Below, one piece after another: positions 17,175-26,430 of a DNA stretch of 64,000 nucleotides. Each line of letters begins with the position of its first letter. Position 1 is the first letter of the stretch. The translations under genes were made by a program, and so were the position numbers. Under the pieces are notes generated by a model. That model saw nothing but the letters and a program-made list of their open reading frames with translations. It searched no databases and was not told where the DNA came from. Origin of the DNA: an uncultured virus (IMG/VR IMGVR_UViG_3300036770_008353) (Duplodnaviria; Heunggongvirae; Uroviricota; Caudoviricetes); IMG/VR virus record IMGVR_UViG_3300036770_008353; one strand, 5' to 3'.

Positions 17175-19757
17175 TCAACACTTACTCCAGCCACACGATG
17201 CGCAAGTTACACAACCTTCCTTGTAGACAAGAGAATTAGACGTACATTCAGGGCAAACCTTGTCAGACGTTGACTTGACACCATCAGGAATGTATCCCTT
17301 CAGCACCCTTGCAAGGACCCTAGAGAAGCTCTGCATGTCGCTGAGTTTGTCCTTCTGGAGCTGTTCAACGACATATTGAACAGGAACACCGTGGCGAAGT
17401 GCGAGTGAAAGTGACCTTGTGAAGGCACCATGATTTGGGTTGGAGAATAGCTCAACGATGTCCTTGAAGACAAGTTGATCATCGTCGCCGAGGGGGATCT
17501 GAAGGTTGTATGTCGCAACGCCATCCTTCTTACCGTTCTTGACAAGGAGTCCGCTCTTGACCTTCTTCGGTACCTCAACATGTGATGATAGGCCGCAGAA
17601 GATCTCGTAGGGCTTGTCCTCGAGCTTGCCGACGAGGACGAGGTATGATTCCTGACCCTCAGAACCCTTCACATTTATTCTGTGAATATCACATGGTAGT
17701 TCCTTCGGGCGCTTTGGAGCGTGGTTTTCTACCATGGTCTCGGGTTGGTCATCGACTGCCTTCTTTTCTTCCTTCGGTGGATCCTGGACTAGGACACCTG
17801 TGCGGCAACCATCGCGGTAAACTGTGAATCCCTTGCAACCTGCCTCCCATGCGGTCATGTAGACGTCTGCAACAACCTCACGAGTTACGTCATTAGGAAG
17901 GTTGCACGTCTTGGAGATGGCATGACAGACCCACTTTTGTGCGGCGGCTTGTAGCTTGACAGACATGGTCCAGTCAACGTCATTGCTTGTTGCCTTCCAG
18001 TACGGAGACTCGGCAATCTGTTCATCGGTCTTGCCTGTGGCATCCATCCACCTCTTGAAGCCGTGGTGGTAGACCTTGTACTCCTGCCACTTGTCACCGA
18101 GTTGATCTACGAAATCGACTCGAGATGCCGTATCGTTTGGATTGATCTTCTTACGACGGGTGTAGGAAAGAAGATATGCGGGTTCGATGCCACTTGTGGT
18201 TTGTGTGAGGCAAGAGACTGATCCTGCCGGTGCTGTAGTAAGAAGGGCGATGTTTCGACGACCATGTTTCATCCAGTCAACGAAAAGACCCTTGTCAGCC
18301 TCCATGAGGCGTTGCAAAAATGGGCTATCATTTTCAAGCTGCCAATCATAGACCGGGAATGAACCACGATCCTTGGCCATATCAACTGATGATCGATAGG
18401 CAGAAAGAGCTAATGTCTTGTAGATTTCTTCGGTCTTGCTCACCGACTCCGGAGTGCCATAAACAACATTGATCGATGCCAATGCATCACCAATTCCTGT
18501 GATGCCAAGACCAGTTCGACGTGCTCCGCTTGCCGCTGTCCGAATCTTCTTCCAAAGATTAACCTCGGAAAGCTTGACGTCGGGTGACTCTGGGTCTGCT
18601 TCAATCTTTGCAAGGATTGCATCAACTGCCTCGATCTCAAGGTCGACGAGGTCATCCATCAGCTTCTGCGCCTTCGCTGAGACCTTCTTGAACCTATCGA
18701 AGTCAAACGACGCTGTAGGAAGATATGTGTCCTTAACGAACTTTGCGAGGTTAACGAGGAGCAGACGACAAGAGTCATATGGGCTAAGGATGAGTTCTGC
18801 ACATGGATTGGTGGAGACGTTTGCATAGCCCTTTGAAGCGTACGCTTCAGTGGGCGTCATCTTCTTGACTGTGTCCCAGAAGAGAAGGCCGGGTTCGGCT
18901 GATGTCCAGGCTGCATCGATGATTTGACTCCAGATCTCCCGGGCCTTGACGACCTTGGTGACCTTAGCCTCCTCAACTGAGGATTCAACCGGCCAACGTA
19001 GCGTGAAGTCAGAATCAGCCTTGACCGCATTCATGAACTCGTCGGTGAGACGAACTGAGATGTTTGCACCTGTTACCTTCTTCAGGTCCCTCTTAATGTT
19101 GATGAAGGTCTCTACCTCTGGGTGCATCACCGAGATCGTAAGCATCAATGCACCACGACGACCTCCTTGCGCCACCTCACGGCAGGTGTTGGAGAAACGT
19201 TCCATGAAGACACCGATGCCATCGGTTGTTCCTGCGGCGTTGGCCGTCAACATCCCCTTCGGACGAATAGTCGAAACGTCGAAACCGACGCCCCCGCGCC
19301 GCTTCATGATCTGCGCTTGCTCCTGATCGGCAAAAAGAATGCCTCCATAAGAATCCTGAGGTGATGCAATGACGAAGCAGTTTGAAAGAGACTGCAGCTT
19401 ATATGGATTGCCCATGGCGGACATAGGAGACCCCTGCGGAACAACCGCACCAACACCGCGTGACGCCGAGGCAAGTTGCTCTAAGGTCATCACGGCACGC
19501 TCAGAAATGTCGATGTGATCGACATCAGCAAGAAGACAAAAGATTTCTTTTTCAGAAAGCGGATTAGGATACTTCGCTTCGATTCGAGCAAACTCACGGG
19601 CGAGGCGGAGGTGCATGTCTGTTGGAGTCTTTTCAAGAATGTTTCCTTCGCTGTCACGCAAGGCGTACTTCGACACGAAAACTGAGGCAGCAAGCTCGTC
19701 ATCGTTGAAGTACTTTAAAGACGCTTCGTATGCTTCGTTGTATGTGAACGTGTTCAT
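17175..19757 (-). CDS. nrdJ: Class II (adenosylcobalamin-dependent) ribonucleotide reductase
   Basis: QSLSNCFV, RRGGVG, QGGRRGALM, TNPCAE, TAPAGS, TVYRDG, C-terminal KRPKEL domain and CPEC..EGCVTCASCGWSKC; no beta subunit nearby; start at ATG 19757 after GGAG. Confidence 0.88.
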   Translation of the reverse strand: MNTFTYNEAYEASLKYFNDDELAASVFVSKYALRDSEGNILEKTPTDMHLRLAREFARIEAKYPNPLSEKEIFCLLADVDHIDISERAVMTLEQLASASRGVGAVVPQGSPMSAMGNPYKLQSLSNCFVIASPQDSYGGILFADQEQAQIMKRRGGVGFDVSTIRPKGMLTANAAGTTDGIGVFMERFSNTCREVAQGGRRGALMLTISVMHPEVETFINIKRDLKKVTGANISVRLTDEFMNAVKADSDFTLRWPVESSVEEAKVTKVVKAREIWSQIIDAAWTSAEPGLLFWDTVKKMTPTEAYASKGYANVSTNPCAELILSPYDSCRLLLVNLAKFVKDTYLPTASFDFDRFKKVSAKAQKLMDDLVDLEIEAVDAILAKIEADPESPDVKLSEVNLWKKIRTAASGARRTGLGITGIGDALASINVVYGTPESVSKTEEIYKTLALSAYRSSVDMAKDRGSFPVYDWQLENDSPFLQRLMEADKGLFVDWMKHGRRNIALLTTAPAGSVSCLTQTTSGIEPAYLLSYTRRKKINPNDTASRVDFVDQLGDKWQEYKVYHHGFKRWMDATGKTDEQIAESPYWKATSNDVDWTMSVKLQAAAQKWVCHAISKTCNLPNDVTREVVADVYMTAWEAGCKGFTVYRDGCRTGVLVQDPPKEEKKAVDDQPETMVENHAPKRPKELPCDIHRINVKGSEGQESYLVLVGKLEDKPYEIFCGLSSHVEVPKKVKSGLLVKNGKKDGVATYNLQIPLGDDDQLVFKDIVELFSNPNHGAFTRSLSLALRHGVPVQYVVEQLQKDKLSDMQSFSRVLARVLKGYIPDGVKSTSDKVCPECTSNSLVYKEGCVTCASCGWSKC

Positions 19758-19818
19758 CTTGATCTCCGCTTTTTGGTTTACTTGAGGTTGATAACTATAC
19801 TTCAAAAGTTGCTGATTG

Positions 19819-21228
19819 TCATGATTTGTTGGGGGTAAATTCCGACTTAAGTTCCCTCCACTTCGCGCGTAAGGCTTTCTTCTGCTCTGCTTCATCGGTG
19901 GCAGCTATCTCTTCAGGTGCATCGGCTGAACCCGTAATCTCAAATTTACTCTGTGCTGTATTGATCTTGGCTGGGTAGACGAGACCGTCGCGGCCAGCAC
20001 GATTCTTTGCCACGAAAAGTCGACCCCATCCGCTGGCCTTCTCGTGGGCACGCCTAGAGACTGAGATGATGAAGTCACAGATCATGGCCTTACCATATGC
20101 TTCAGACATGTTGGTCATGTCAATGACTTCAGCATTGGCACCTTCCTTGTTGGACTGTGAAGCTGTCCAGATTGGAATGCCTATTTCCATGGCCAGACCT
20201 CTAAGCTCTTCATATACTAACTTGAGCTCGTGTCGAAGAGAATCGAATTGTCGTGAAGACCTCATGATGTCGGCGTAATCAATGATGACGATATCGGGCT
20301 TGAATCCTTTGAGGTCAAGCCTTTCAATGTGTGATCTGACTGTAAAAACTGAGGCAGTATTAGTTGGATACTCCTTGATGAATAGACGACCAAGCTTCAT
20401 GTTCTTGTATTTTTCAACGATCTCGTCCTTGTGGTCCATGACCTCGTTTGAATCCATGTCACAAAGGTTCGAATCGTAGCGAATACCGACAGCTGTTTCA
20501 GACAGCTCAAAGGTGTAATGAAGAACATTCTTTCCTTCCCGAAGGGCGTTTGCCCCAATCATTGTAAGCCAGTGGGATTTGCCTGAACCGCTACCACCAA
20601 CGACGCAGAGCAGCTCTCCCTTGCCTGACCCGCCGTTGAGGATTTCTTTCTTGTCAAGATCAGGAATACCTGTCGGAATGGTGTCCCGCTTCAAGCGGGT
20701 GAACCTGGCATCCATCTCATTGAAGAAGTCGTGACCAACTGAAGGGGCGGTACCAACCTGAACAGCTTTTCGAATCGATTCGACGATGGATTCGTATTTA
20801 TTGGCCTGCATTTGATCAACGGCATCTTCAAGGGCTTTCTTGAGGGCCTGCTTTCTGCAGAACTCCAAAGACTTTTCCTTGACGAACTGAAGGTCACCTG
20901 GGTCAGGATTCGCCTTCATTCGCTGAAGGTACTCAATGATTTGATCACGAAGAATAATGTCGGTTCCTACCTTTAGGTCTTCTCTAATGATAGTGACAAG
21001 AAGCTGCAACGTTGGGAACACCTTGTACTTCTTTGAATATGAAAAATACCTGTCAGCAAGGAATTGTAGGTACTTCAGCTCAAAATACGAAGAATCAAAG
21101 ACCTCCATCATCTGTTCGGCCCACTTCGGATCGGTCAGTAATGCCTGACCAATCTTTTCTTGAAAAGATTTTCCATATGTACCGAACGTTTGCTTTGCGC
21201 CGTTGCTTGTCTTGTCATTTTCTAGCAT
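19819..21228 (-). CDS. SF4 replicative DNA helicase (DnaB/T4 gp41-like)
   Basis: Walker A GGSGSGKS, TFELSE, IIDYADI, WTASQSN, AKNRAG. Confidence 0.92.
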   Translation of the reverse strand: MLENDKTSNGAKQTFGTYGKSFQEKIGQALLTDPKWAEQMMEVFDSSYFELKYLQFLADRYFSYSKKYKVFPTLQLLVTIIREDLKVGTDIILRDQIIEYLQRMKANPDPGDLQFVKEKSLEFCRKQALKKALEDAVDQMQANKYESIVESIRKAVQVGTAPSVGHDFFNEMDARFTRLKRDTIPTGIPDLDKKEILNGGSGKGELLCVVGGSGSGKSHWLTMIGANALREGKNVLHYTFELSETAVGIRYDSNLCDMDSNEVMDHKDEIVEKYKNMKLGRLFIKEYPTNTASVFTVRSHIERLDLKGFKPDIVIIDYADIMRSSRQFDSLRHELKLVYEELRGLAMEIGIPIWTASQSNKEGANAEVIDMTNMSEAYGKAMICDFIISVSRRAHEKASGWGRLFVAKNRAGRDGLVYPAKINTAQSKFEITGSADAPEEIAATDEAEQKKALRAKWRELKSEFTPNKS

Positions 21229-21229
21229 T

Positions 21230-22201
21230 TTATTCTCCGATTCCAAAGCTGAGACCTTCGACGCAGTTGAATGCGTAGAAGAACGACTCGGCGTCAAAAT
21301 CACCTATTCCTTCTTTTACTAAAGACTTGATAAGGCCAATCTTATTAACCTTGGGTCTGAATGTATCTATCGCATGTTGCACCTTGGAAACTTGTGAGGC
21401 AGAGAGCATGCTGCCATCGAGGTAAATCAGCCTCCAATTTCTTTCCAGGTCTGCCTTGCAATCGACGACACGTCTGTATGCTGTCGACTCTGAGATGTGT
21501 GCTTGACAAAAAGAAATGACGTCCTCGAGCAATATCTCAGAGTCACCACCTAAAAAAGGAAATTTTTTTGCAACTGTCTTGAAACCTAACCCTTTGATGC
21601 CAGGAATGTTGTCGCCGTCGTCGCCACATAGAGATTTCGCCATAGCGAAATTGTGAGGTCTGATCCTGTACTCTTCAAATATGTCATCATTAGTCAATAC
21701 CTTCTTCTTGTGAAGGGAGTAAATGTAGGTTTTGTCATCGAGTAGTTGATACATGTCTTTGTCCGATGAGACGATAACCTTATTGTCACGAACATATGGA
21801 CCTTTGCAAAGGTAAGCGATGATGTCATCACCTTCGCAGTCAGAAGCATAAATCTGACAAACGGGCGCAAACTTCAACATCTCCAACAGAGAGACCAACT
21901 GGTGCTTTCTATTCTCTTCAGAATCAGGAATGTCATCACCGTAAAAACGGTTTAACTTTTCAGGTCGTCGACCAAGCTTATAGTCAGAATATATCGCCCT
22001 TCTTCTCTGGGAGCCGCCGCCTTCCCAAGCGACACAGATCTTCAAGGGTTGCAACTCATTCACGATTCTACGAAGAGTCTTGAGAAATCCAATGCAACCC
22101 CCCATCTGATAGCCATGAGACGACATCTGAGGATAAGCCGCCCATGATCTAATGAATAGGTTTTGTCCATCTATGATCAGAACAGGACGTTGTGATGTCA
22201 T
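21230..22201 (-). CDS. 5'-3' exonuclease / flap endonuclease (T4 RNase H / PolI N-domain like)
   Basis: LIIDGQN, YKLGR, EGDDII, SSDKDMYQL, GDDGDNIPGIKGLGFKT. Confidence 0.92.
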   Translation of the reverse strand: MTSQRPVLIIDGQNLFIRSWAAYPQMSSHGYQMGGCIGFLKTLRRIVNELQPLKICVAWEGGGSQRRRAIYSDYKLGRRPEKLNRFYGDDIPDSEENRKHQLVSLLEMLKFAPVCQIYASDCEGDDIIAYLCKGPYVRDNKVIVSSDKDMYQLLDDKTYIYSLHKKKVLTNDDIFEEYRIRPHNFAMAKSLCGDDGDNIPGIKGLGFKTVAKKFPFLGGDSEILLEDVISFCQAHISESTAYRRVVDCKADLERNWRLIYLDGSMLSASQVSKVQHAIDTFRPKVNKIGLIKSLVKEGIGDFDAESFFYAFNCVEGLSFGIGE

Positions 22202-22266
22202 AAATTCATTTATACACAAACTGACTACCTAGTACAACCATGCAAAATTGAGGAATAATTAACGAT

Positions 22267-23067
22267 ATGAATCACGAGCTGTTACAGGAATATCTTCAAT
22301 TGATAGTAGAAAAAATTCGTTCAAAGAGAAAGATAAAAACCCGTTTTGGCGGTCGGCGTTTCGATCTAAAAGATTTTAGATCTCTGCCAAATGAATCAAT
22401 CATGCAAGCTTATGCGATGAATTATCTAGAGCCATTAGGTCAAGGTAGCTCAAGAATCGCATTCGTTTTGTCATCAAAGAAAGTCTTAAAGATTGCCAGG
22501 AATGAAAAAGGCATCGCTCAAAACAAAGCTGAAGTAGAGGTATACGCAGAACCCACGTCGGCCGACGTGGCGGCCAGAATTTATGACGCTGACAAGGAAG
22601 GAAAATGGGTCATCTCAGACCTAGTAAAACCTATTACATCGACGAATGAATTCAAAAGCCTAACCGGAGTCGATTGGCAGGAATTCGTTCAAGATTTGAC
22701 AGCGTCAGTGTCAACATTCGCCAGAAAAAATAAGATGTCCTTACCCAGCGGGGCCCATGAATTCACAAAGAAAGTTTACGATATGGCCGAAAGAGGTTCG
22801 AATAAACTAAAGTTAGGAAATTCATCGTCGACCGCGAAACATTCTGCGCCCGGAGAGGCCGAAAAAGGTTCGAATAAACTAATGTCAGCAGATCTAACCG
22901 TTTTAGACCACTGGGGCAAGACGCCTGATGGGCGGGCCGTAATTCTTGATTATGGATACACTGAGGATGTTGCAGCAACACATTATCCAAAGACCCCAGC
23001 AGTGGATGCGAAGAAAACAGGAGCTTCATCCCCTACCGCACCCGATGAAGCTCCCACAGGTCGCTAA
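22267..23067 (+). CDS. Protein-kinase-like fold protein
   Basis: LGQGSSRIAF (Gly loop), KVLKIA (Lys), QNKAE (alphaC Glu), ADL..DHWG, ILDYG (DFG equivalent). Confidence 0.7.
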   Translation: MNHELLQEYLQLIVEKIRSKRKIKTRFGGRRFDLKDFRSLPNESIMQAYAMNYLEPLGQGSSRIAFVLSSKKVLKIARNEKGIAQNKAEVEVYAEPTSADVAARIYDADKEGKWVISDLVKPITSTNEFKSLTGVDWQEFVQDLTASVSTFARKNKMSLPSGAHEFTKKVYDMAERGSNKLKLGNSSSTAKHSAPGEAEKGSNKLMSADLTVLDHWGKTPDGRAVILDYGYTEDVAATHYPKTPAVDAKKTGASSPTAPDEAPTGR

Positions 23068-23514
23068 TCAAGCTCTTCCTGTAGAACCAAATCCTCCTTC
23101 AGCACGTTCAGTTGAAGTCAACGCTTCTTCCTTCTTGAAGATGGCACGAAAAACCTGAGAAAAAACGAGCTGTGCAATCCTATCACCTTTTTTGATGATA
23201 AAATCTTCGTCACTTGTGTTCAACAGGATGACCTTTATCTCACCTCGGTAGTCGCAGTCAACTGTTCCTGGTGTGTTTAGGACAGTGATGCCGTGCTTTG
23301 CCGCCAAACCGCTGCGAGGTCGTACCTGACCTTCGAAGCCTACAGGTATTTCTACCTTTAGGCCAGTGGGTACCATCTGTCTCTTTCCGGCAGGAATGAC
23401 CGCATCGATTGATGAGCGTAGGTCACAACCTGATGAACCCTGTGTCTGGTACTTTGGTAACAGGTCGGGGTCTTCAATTTCATAGTTTACCCAAAGAACG
23501 TATGTATCACTCAT
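23068..23514 (-). CDS. dut: Trimeric dUTPase
   Basis: SSGCDL, RPRSGLA, GTVDCDYRGE, GDRIAQL, RAEGGFGSTG. Confidence 0.95.
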   Translation of the reverse strand: MSDTYVLWVNYEIEDPDLLPKYQTQGSSGCDLRSSIDAVIPAGKRQMVPTGLKVEIPVGFEGQVRPRSGLAAKHGITVLNTPGTVDCDYRGEIKVILLNTSDEDFIIKKGDRIAQLVFSQVFRAIFKKEEALTSTERAEGGFGSTGRA

Positions 23515-24694
23515 CTGACATTCCTCCCTCTCCGTCACCTTCACCAGATGGTTCACCACCTGAAACAACCAACGCCGCATCGATCGCCGTCAACAGGTGG
23601 CTCCTGTAGCTTTGATCCTTCAACATTGCACCGAATTCAGACTTGTAGAACTTCTTTTCTACAATCATCTCACCTGTCTTTGTGCTCATGACAGTGAGTT
23701 CCTTCCATGCTCCTTCGCCGCTAATGTTGATCTCAAGGCCGTCACGCTTTACAGGACCATTTGCCTTGCAGTGTGACCTGACCTCATCGAAGAGGTATTC
23801 ATCTTCAACGATGCCCTTTCCAAAGATGATGTCAAACTCACACTTGCGGAAAGGGGCGGCAACCTTGTTCTTCTTGATGGTGACTGTTGTGTGGATACCG
23901 ATAGGATTACCTGCCTTGTCCTTGACTTGATTACCACTGCCGAGGCGAATGCGGACCGATGAATGGAATGGAATCGCCTTTCCACCGGGTGTTGTAGCTG
24001 GATCGCCATGCATAACGCCGATGTTATCACGAAGCTGATTGATGCAGAGGAGCGTCACGTTATTCTGACCGATGACACCTGTGATCTTTCGCATGCCCTT
24101 TGAGATTGCACGCGCCTGAAGACCGATGGAGTTTTGGTCATAGTCGCCGTCCAGCTCGGCCTTGGGTGATGTTGCTGCCACCGAGTCCCAGATGACGAGG
24201 ATGGGGATGTTCTTCTCCAGGATCTGCTTTGCTTTTACGATGGTCGACTCGATGATGGAGAAGACCTCCTCTGTGCAGTGTGAGTCGCAATAAACAAATC
24301 GCTTGCGAACATCGACGCCCATGTCTGCCAGCTTGGAAACGGGAGTGGCATTTTCTGTGTCGATATAAACGACAAGACCGCCCTGTTGTTGAACCATAGC
24401 TGCGGCGTGGTAGGCAAGGTGAGACTTGCCAGAGGAAGGAAGGCCGCTGATCTCAATGATGCGGCCCTCAGGATAACCACCTTCCATGGCGTTTCTGATA
24501 GCATAGTTTAGTTGAACTGAACCAGTATCAATCCAGCGCTTAACAACCGTTGGAGCATCCATCTCAGACAAGTTGTAAGCTATACGCTGACCAAATTCCT
24601 TATTGATAGAGGAGATTAGGTCTTTCATCATGCTGTCGACTTCAGACTTTTTGGTTGAAACTTCGGCTTCTTCTGTTTTTTCTCTTCTTGCCAT
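23507..24694 (-). CDS. recA: RecA/UvsX recombinase
   Basis: GYPEGRIIEISGLPSSGKS, YIDTE, WDSVAA, GLQAR, INQLR, TTPGGKA, KNKVAAPF. Confidence 0.92.
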   Translation of the reverse strand: MARREKTEEAEVSTKKSEVDSMMKDLISSINKEFGQRIAYNLSEMDAPTVVKRWIDTGSVQLNYAIRNAMEGGYPEGRIIEISGLPSSGKSHLAYHAAAMVQQQGGLVVYIDTENATPVSKLADMGVDVRKRFVYCDSHCTEEVFSIIESTIVKAKQILEKNIPILVIWDSVAATSPKAELDGDYDQNSIGLQARAISKGMRKITGVIGQNNVTLLCINQLRDNIGVMHGDPATTPGGKAIPFHSSVRIRLGSGNQVKDKAGNPIGIHTTVTIKKNKVAAPFRKCEFDIIFGKGIVEDEYLFDEVRSHCKANGPVKRDGLEINISGEGAWKELTVMSTKTGEMIVEKKFYKSEFGAMLKDQSYRSHLLTAIDAALVVSGGEPSGEGDGEGGMSDE

Positions 24695-24728
24695 ACTCAA
24701 TTATCCTATCTTGATTGGAAATAGTACA

Positions 24729-24759
24729 AAGCGGCCGGAAGATTTACCTCCGGCCGCTT
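24729..24759 (-). terminator. Putative intrinsic terminator downstream of the SSB gene
   Basis: AAGCGGCCGGA-N9-TCCGGCCGCTT 11-bp GC-rich stem, short T-rich tail on the minus strand. Confidence 0.7.
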
Positions 24760-24771
24760 CTTCAAGGACTA

Positions 24772-25620
24772 TCAGTCTGACATCAGATCAGCGAAAGCGT
24801 CGTCGAGTGACTTCTTCTTAGGCTGTTCTTCGTCATCGGCCTTCTTTGGCTTTTTTGCTGCGACCACCTTCTCAGGAGATCCTTTGACCTCAGCAACCAG
24901 ATCAGCTAGCGCATCGGGTGGAGCTGGTCCTCGTGTCACTTCAACGGATGATGGTTCATCCGGAACTCCTCCGTTAAGCCAATTGTTGAGAACAGCCTCA
25001 ATCTCCTGCGTCGACTTTAGACGATACATGTCGTCGAGATTAGGAATTGCCTCGAGCCAGCCTGAGGCAACCTTTTGATCCTCATGAAGCTTTGAAGGTC
25101 GACGAGCTGGATCGACCATCGTGTCATTGAATTGCTTACCCTGCGCCTTTGAGATGGTAACCTTGAGGTCGAATCCCTGTGATGGATCGAGGATGTCACC
25201 GACCTCCTCATCGAGGAAGAAACCTAGCATGCGTTGATAGACGATCTTACCGAATGCCCAGACCTGAACGCCCTTGTCTTCCTCACCGCGGACGATGACG
25301 GGGGCATAGCATCGCATCTTTGGTGCCAACTTCTTTGCTAGTGTCCTATCGTCAGGCTTACCGCTGCTGTATAGCTTACGAATCAAATCATTGATGGGAT
25401 CAGGCTTACCAAATTGGTTTGGTGCCAGGAGGCCTGCATTCTCGCCGATGTAATAGAACCACCTCTCCATGAAAGGTTGTCCCTCCCCAGCATTCTTCCA
25501 AGGGAGACACCGAATCTTATACTCACCTAGGCCAGGCTTCCACATCTGAACAGATGAGGTCTTCTTCACACCGCTGAGCTCTGCCACACGTCGCTTGATT
25601 GCTTCTAGATCGATTGCCAT
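24772..25620 (-). CDS. Single-stranded DNA-binding protein (T4 gp32-like)
   Basis: WKP..GEYKIRCLP, DPI, GVQVWAFGKIVY, DILDPSQGFDL, acidic tail LDDAFADL; adjacent to recA. Confidence 0.8.
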   Translation of the reverse strand: MAIDLEAIKRRVAELSGVKKTSSVQMWKPGLGEYKIRCLPWKNAGEGQPFMERWFYYIGENAGLLAPNQFGKPDPINDLIRKLYSSGKPDDRTLAKKLAPKMRCYAPVIVRGEEDKGVQVWAFGKIVYQRMLGFFLDEEVGDILDPSQGFDLKVTISKAQGKQFNDTMVDPARRPSKLHEDQKVASGWLEAIPNLDDMYRLKSTQEIEAVLNNWLNGGVPDEPSSVEVTRGPAPPDALADLVAEVKGSPEKVVAAKKPKKADDEEQPKKKSLDDAFADLMSD

Positions 25621-25862
25621 GATATTTTCCTTTTCCGTTTCCGCTGTGAACCTCTAATCGAGGTGGAACCACCGCATGTGGTTCGCCACATCAGTTAGAC
25701 ATCCAAGTCTGTTGTCAACCTACATCAGTGTCGGTTGGTTGTATTGTTATAATATTCCTTGCGTCAACTTTGCACGGTGTCGGGACCGACAGAACAAACG
25801 TTGTTGTTTTTCATTCCTAATCCTATTCCGCGTCGAAGGGTCGACATGTTAAATATTAGGAA
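25621..25862 (-). promoter_or_regulatory. Long structured 5' leader or ncRNA upstream of the SSB gene
   Basis: About 240 nt non-coding with several hairpins (GAACCAC/GTGGTTC, CCTC/GAGG, AGAC/GTCT, CAACC/GGTTG, GTCGG/CCGAC, GTCGA/TCGAC) and an ATATTTA motif at its 5' end. Confidence 0.5.
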
Positions 25863-25870
25863 GGTGAGGA

Positions 25871-26179
25871 TTATGCCGCCATCATTGCGACGCCGATGAG
25901 TGAGACGATGAAGCCGGCAACCTGAAGAGGTGTAAGGCGATCACCGAGGATGATGAAACCTGTGACGAACGCCGCCGTGTAGATGACGTCGACGAGGACC
26001 GACATGAGGCTGAGGTTTTGGGAACGACGAGAGATGTAACCCCAAAGAAGACCGCTGACGATTGATGGACCGATGGGAGCCCATATCGGAAGTGATCCAC
26101 CTTGGACCTTCTTTGTGACAAAAGCGCCGATTACACCCGTCGTAAAGAGGGCGGTATAAGGAAGGATTAAATTTTTCAT
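25871..26179 (-). CDS. Small 4-TM membrane protein, SMR/EamA (DMT)-like
   Basis: Four hydrophobic segments; C-terminal GDRLTPLQVAGFIVSLIGV resembles the DMT G-E-x-L...G...G motif. Confidence 0.6.
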   Translation of the reverse strand: MKNLILPYTALFTTGVIGAFVTKKVQGGSLPIWAPIGPSIVSGLLWGYISRRSQNLSLMSVLVDVIYTAAFVTGFIILGDRLTPLQVAGFIVSLIGVAMMAA

Positions 26180-26419
26180 TTATCTCCAGCCGGGTTTCTT
26201 TTTCTTCCCTGGTGTCTTCATTGCAAAAGGAAGCATCGGGCCGACGATGTGGGCTGTGACATTCATCTCGTCTACTTCTTTCTCATTCTCATCATCGTTG
26301 TCATCTCCGCTTTCAGGTGAACCATCGGCATTTTTTAGTTGATCACCCACACGTGGGGTATCTCTAACCTCTTCAATAAGGTTCCTGATGTACTTGCGAA
26401 GAATATCGTCGGCCGACAT
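26180..26419 (-). CDS. Hypothetical protein with N-terminal ILRKYIRNLIEE motif
   Basis: 79-aa ORF preceded by ATATTTA. Confidence 0.6.
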   Translation of the reverse strand: MSADDILRKYIRNLIEEVRDTPRVGDQLKNADGSPESGDDNDDENEKEVDEMNVTAHIVGPMLPFAMKTPGKKKKPGWR

Positions 26420-26430
26420 GACTTTAAATA

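Noticed and set aside
20466..20476. GGTTCGAATC, resembling a tRNA T-loop
   Set aside because: Lies inside the helicase CDS with no cloverleaf around it
17175..24694. Inteins or introns in nrdJ, helicase or recA
   Set aside because: Lengths are normal and no C...HN-[CST] splice motifs were seen; nrdJ has only a short N-terminal insertion
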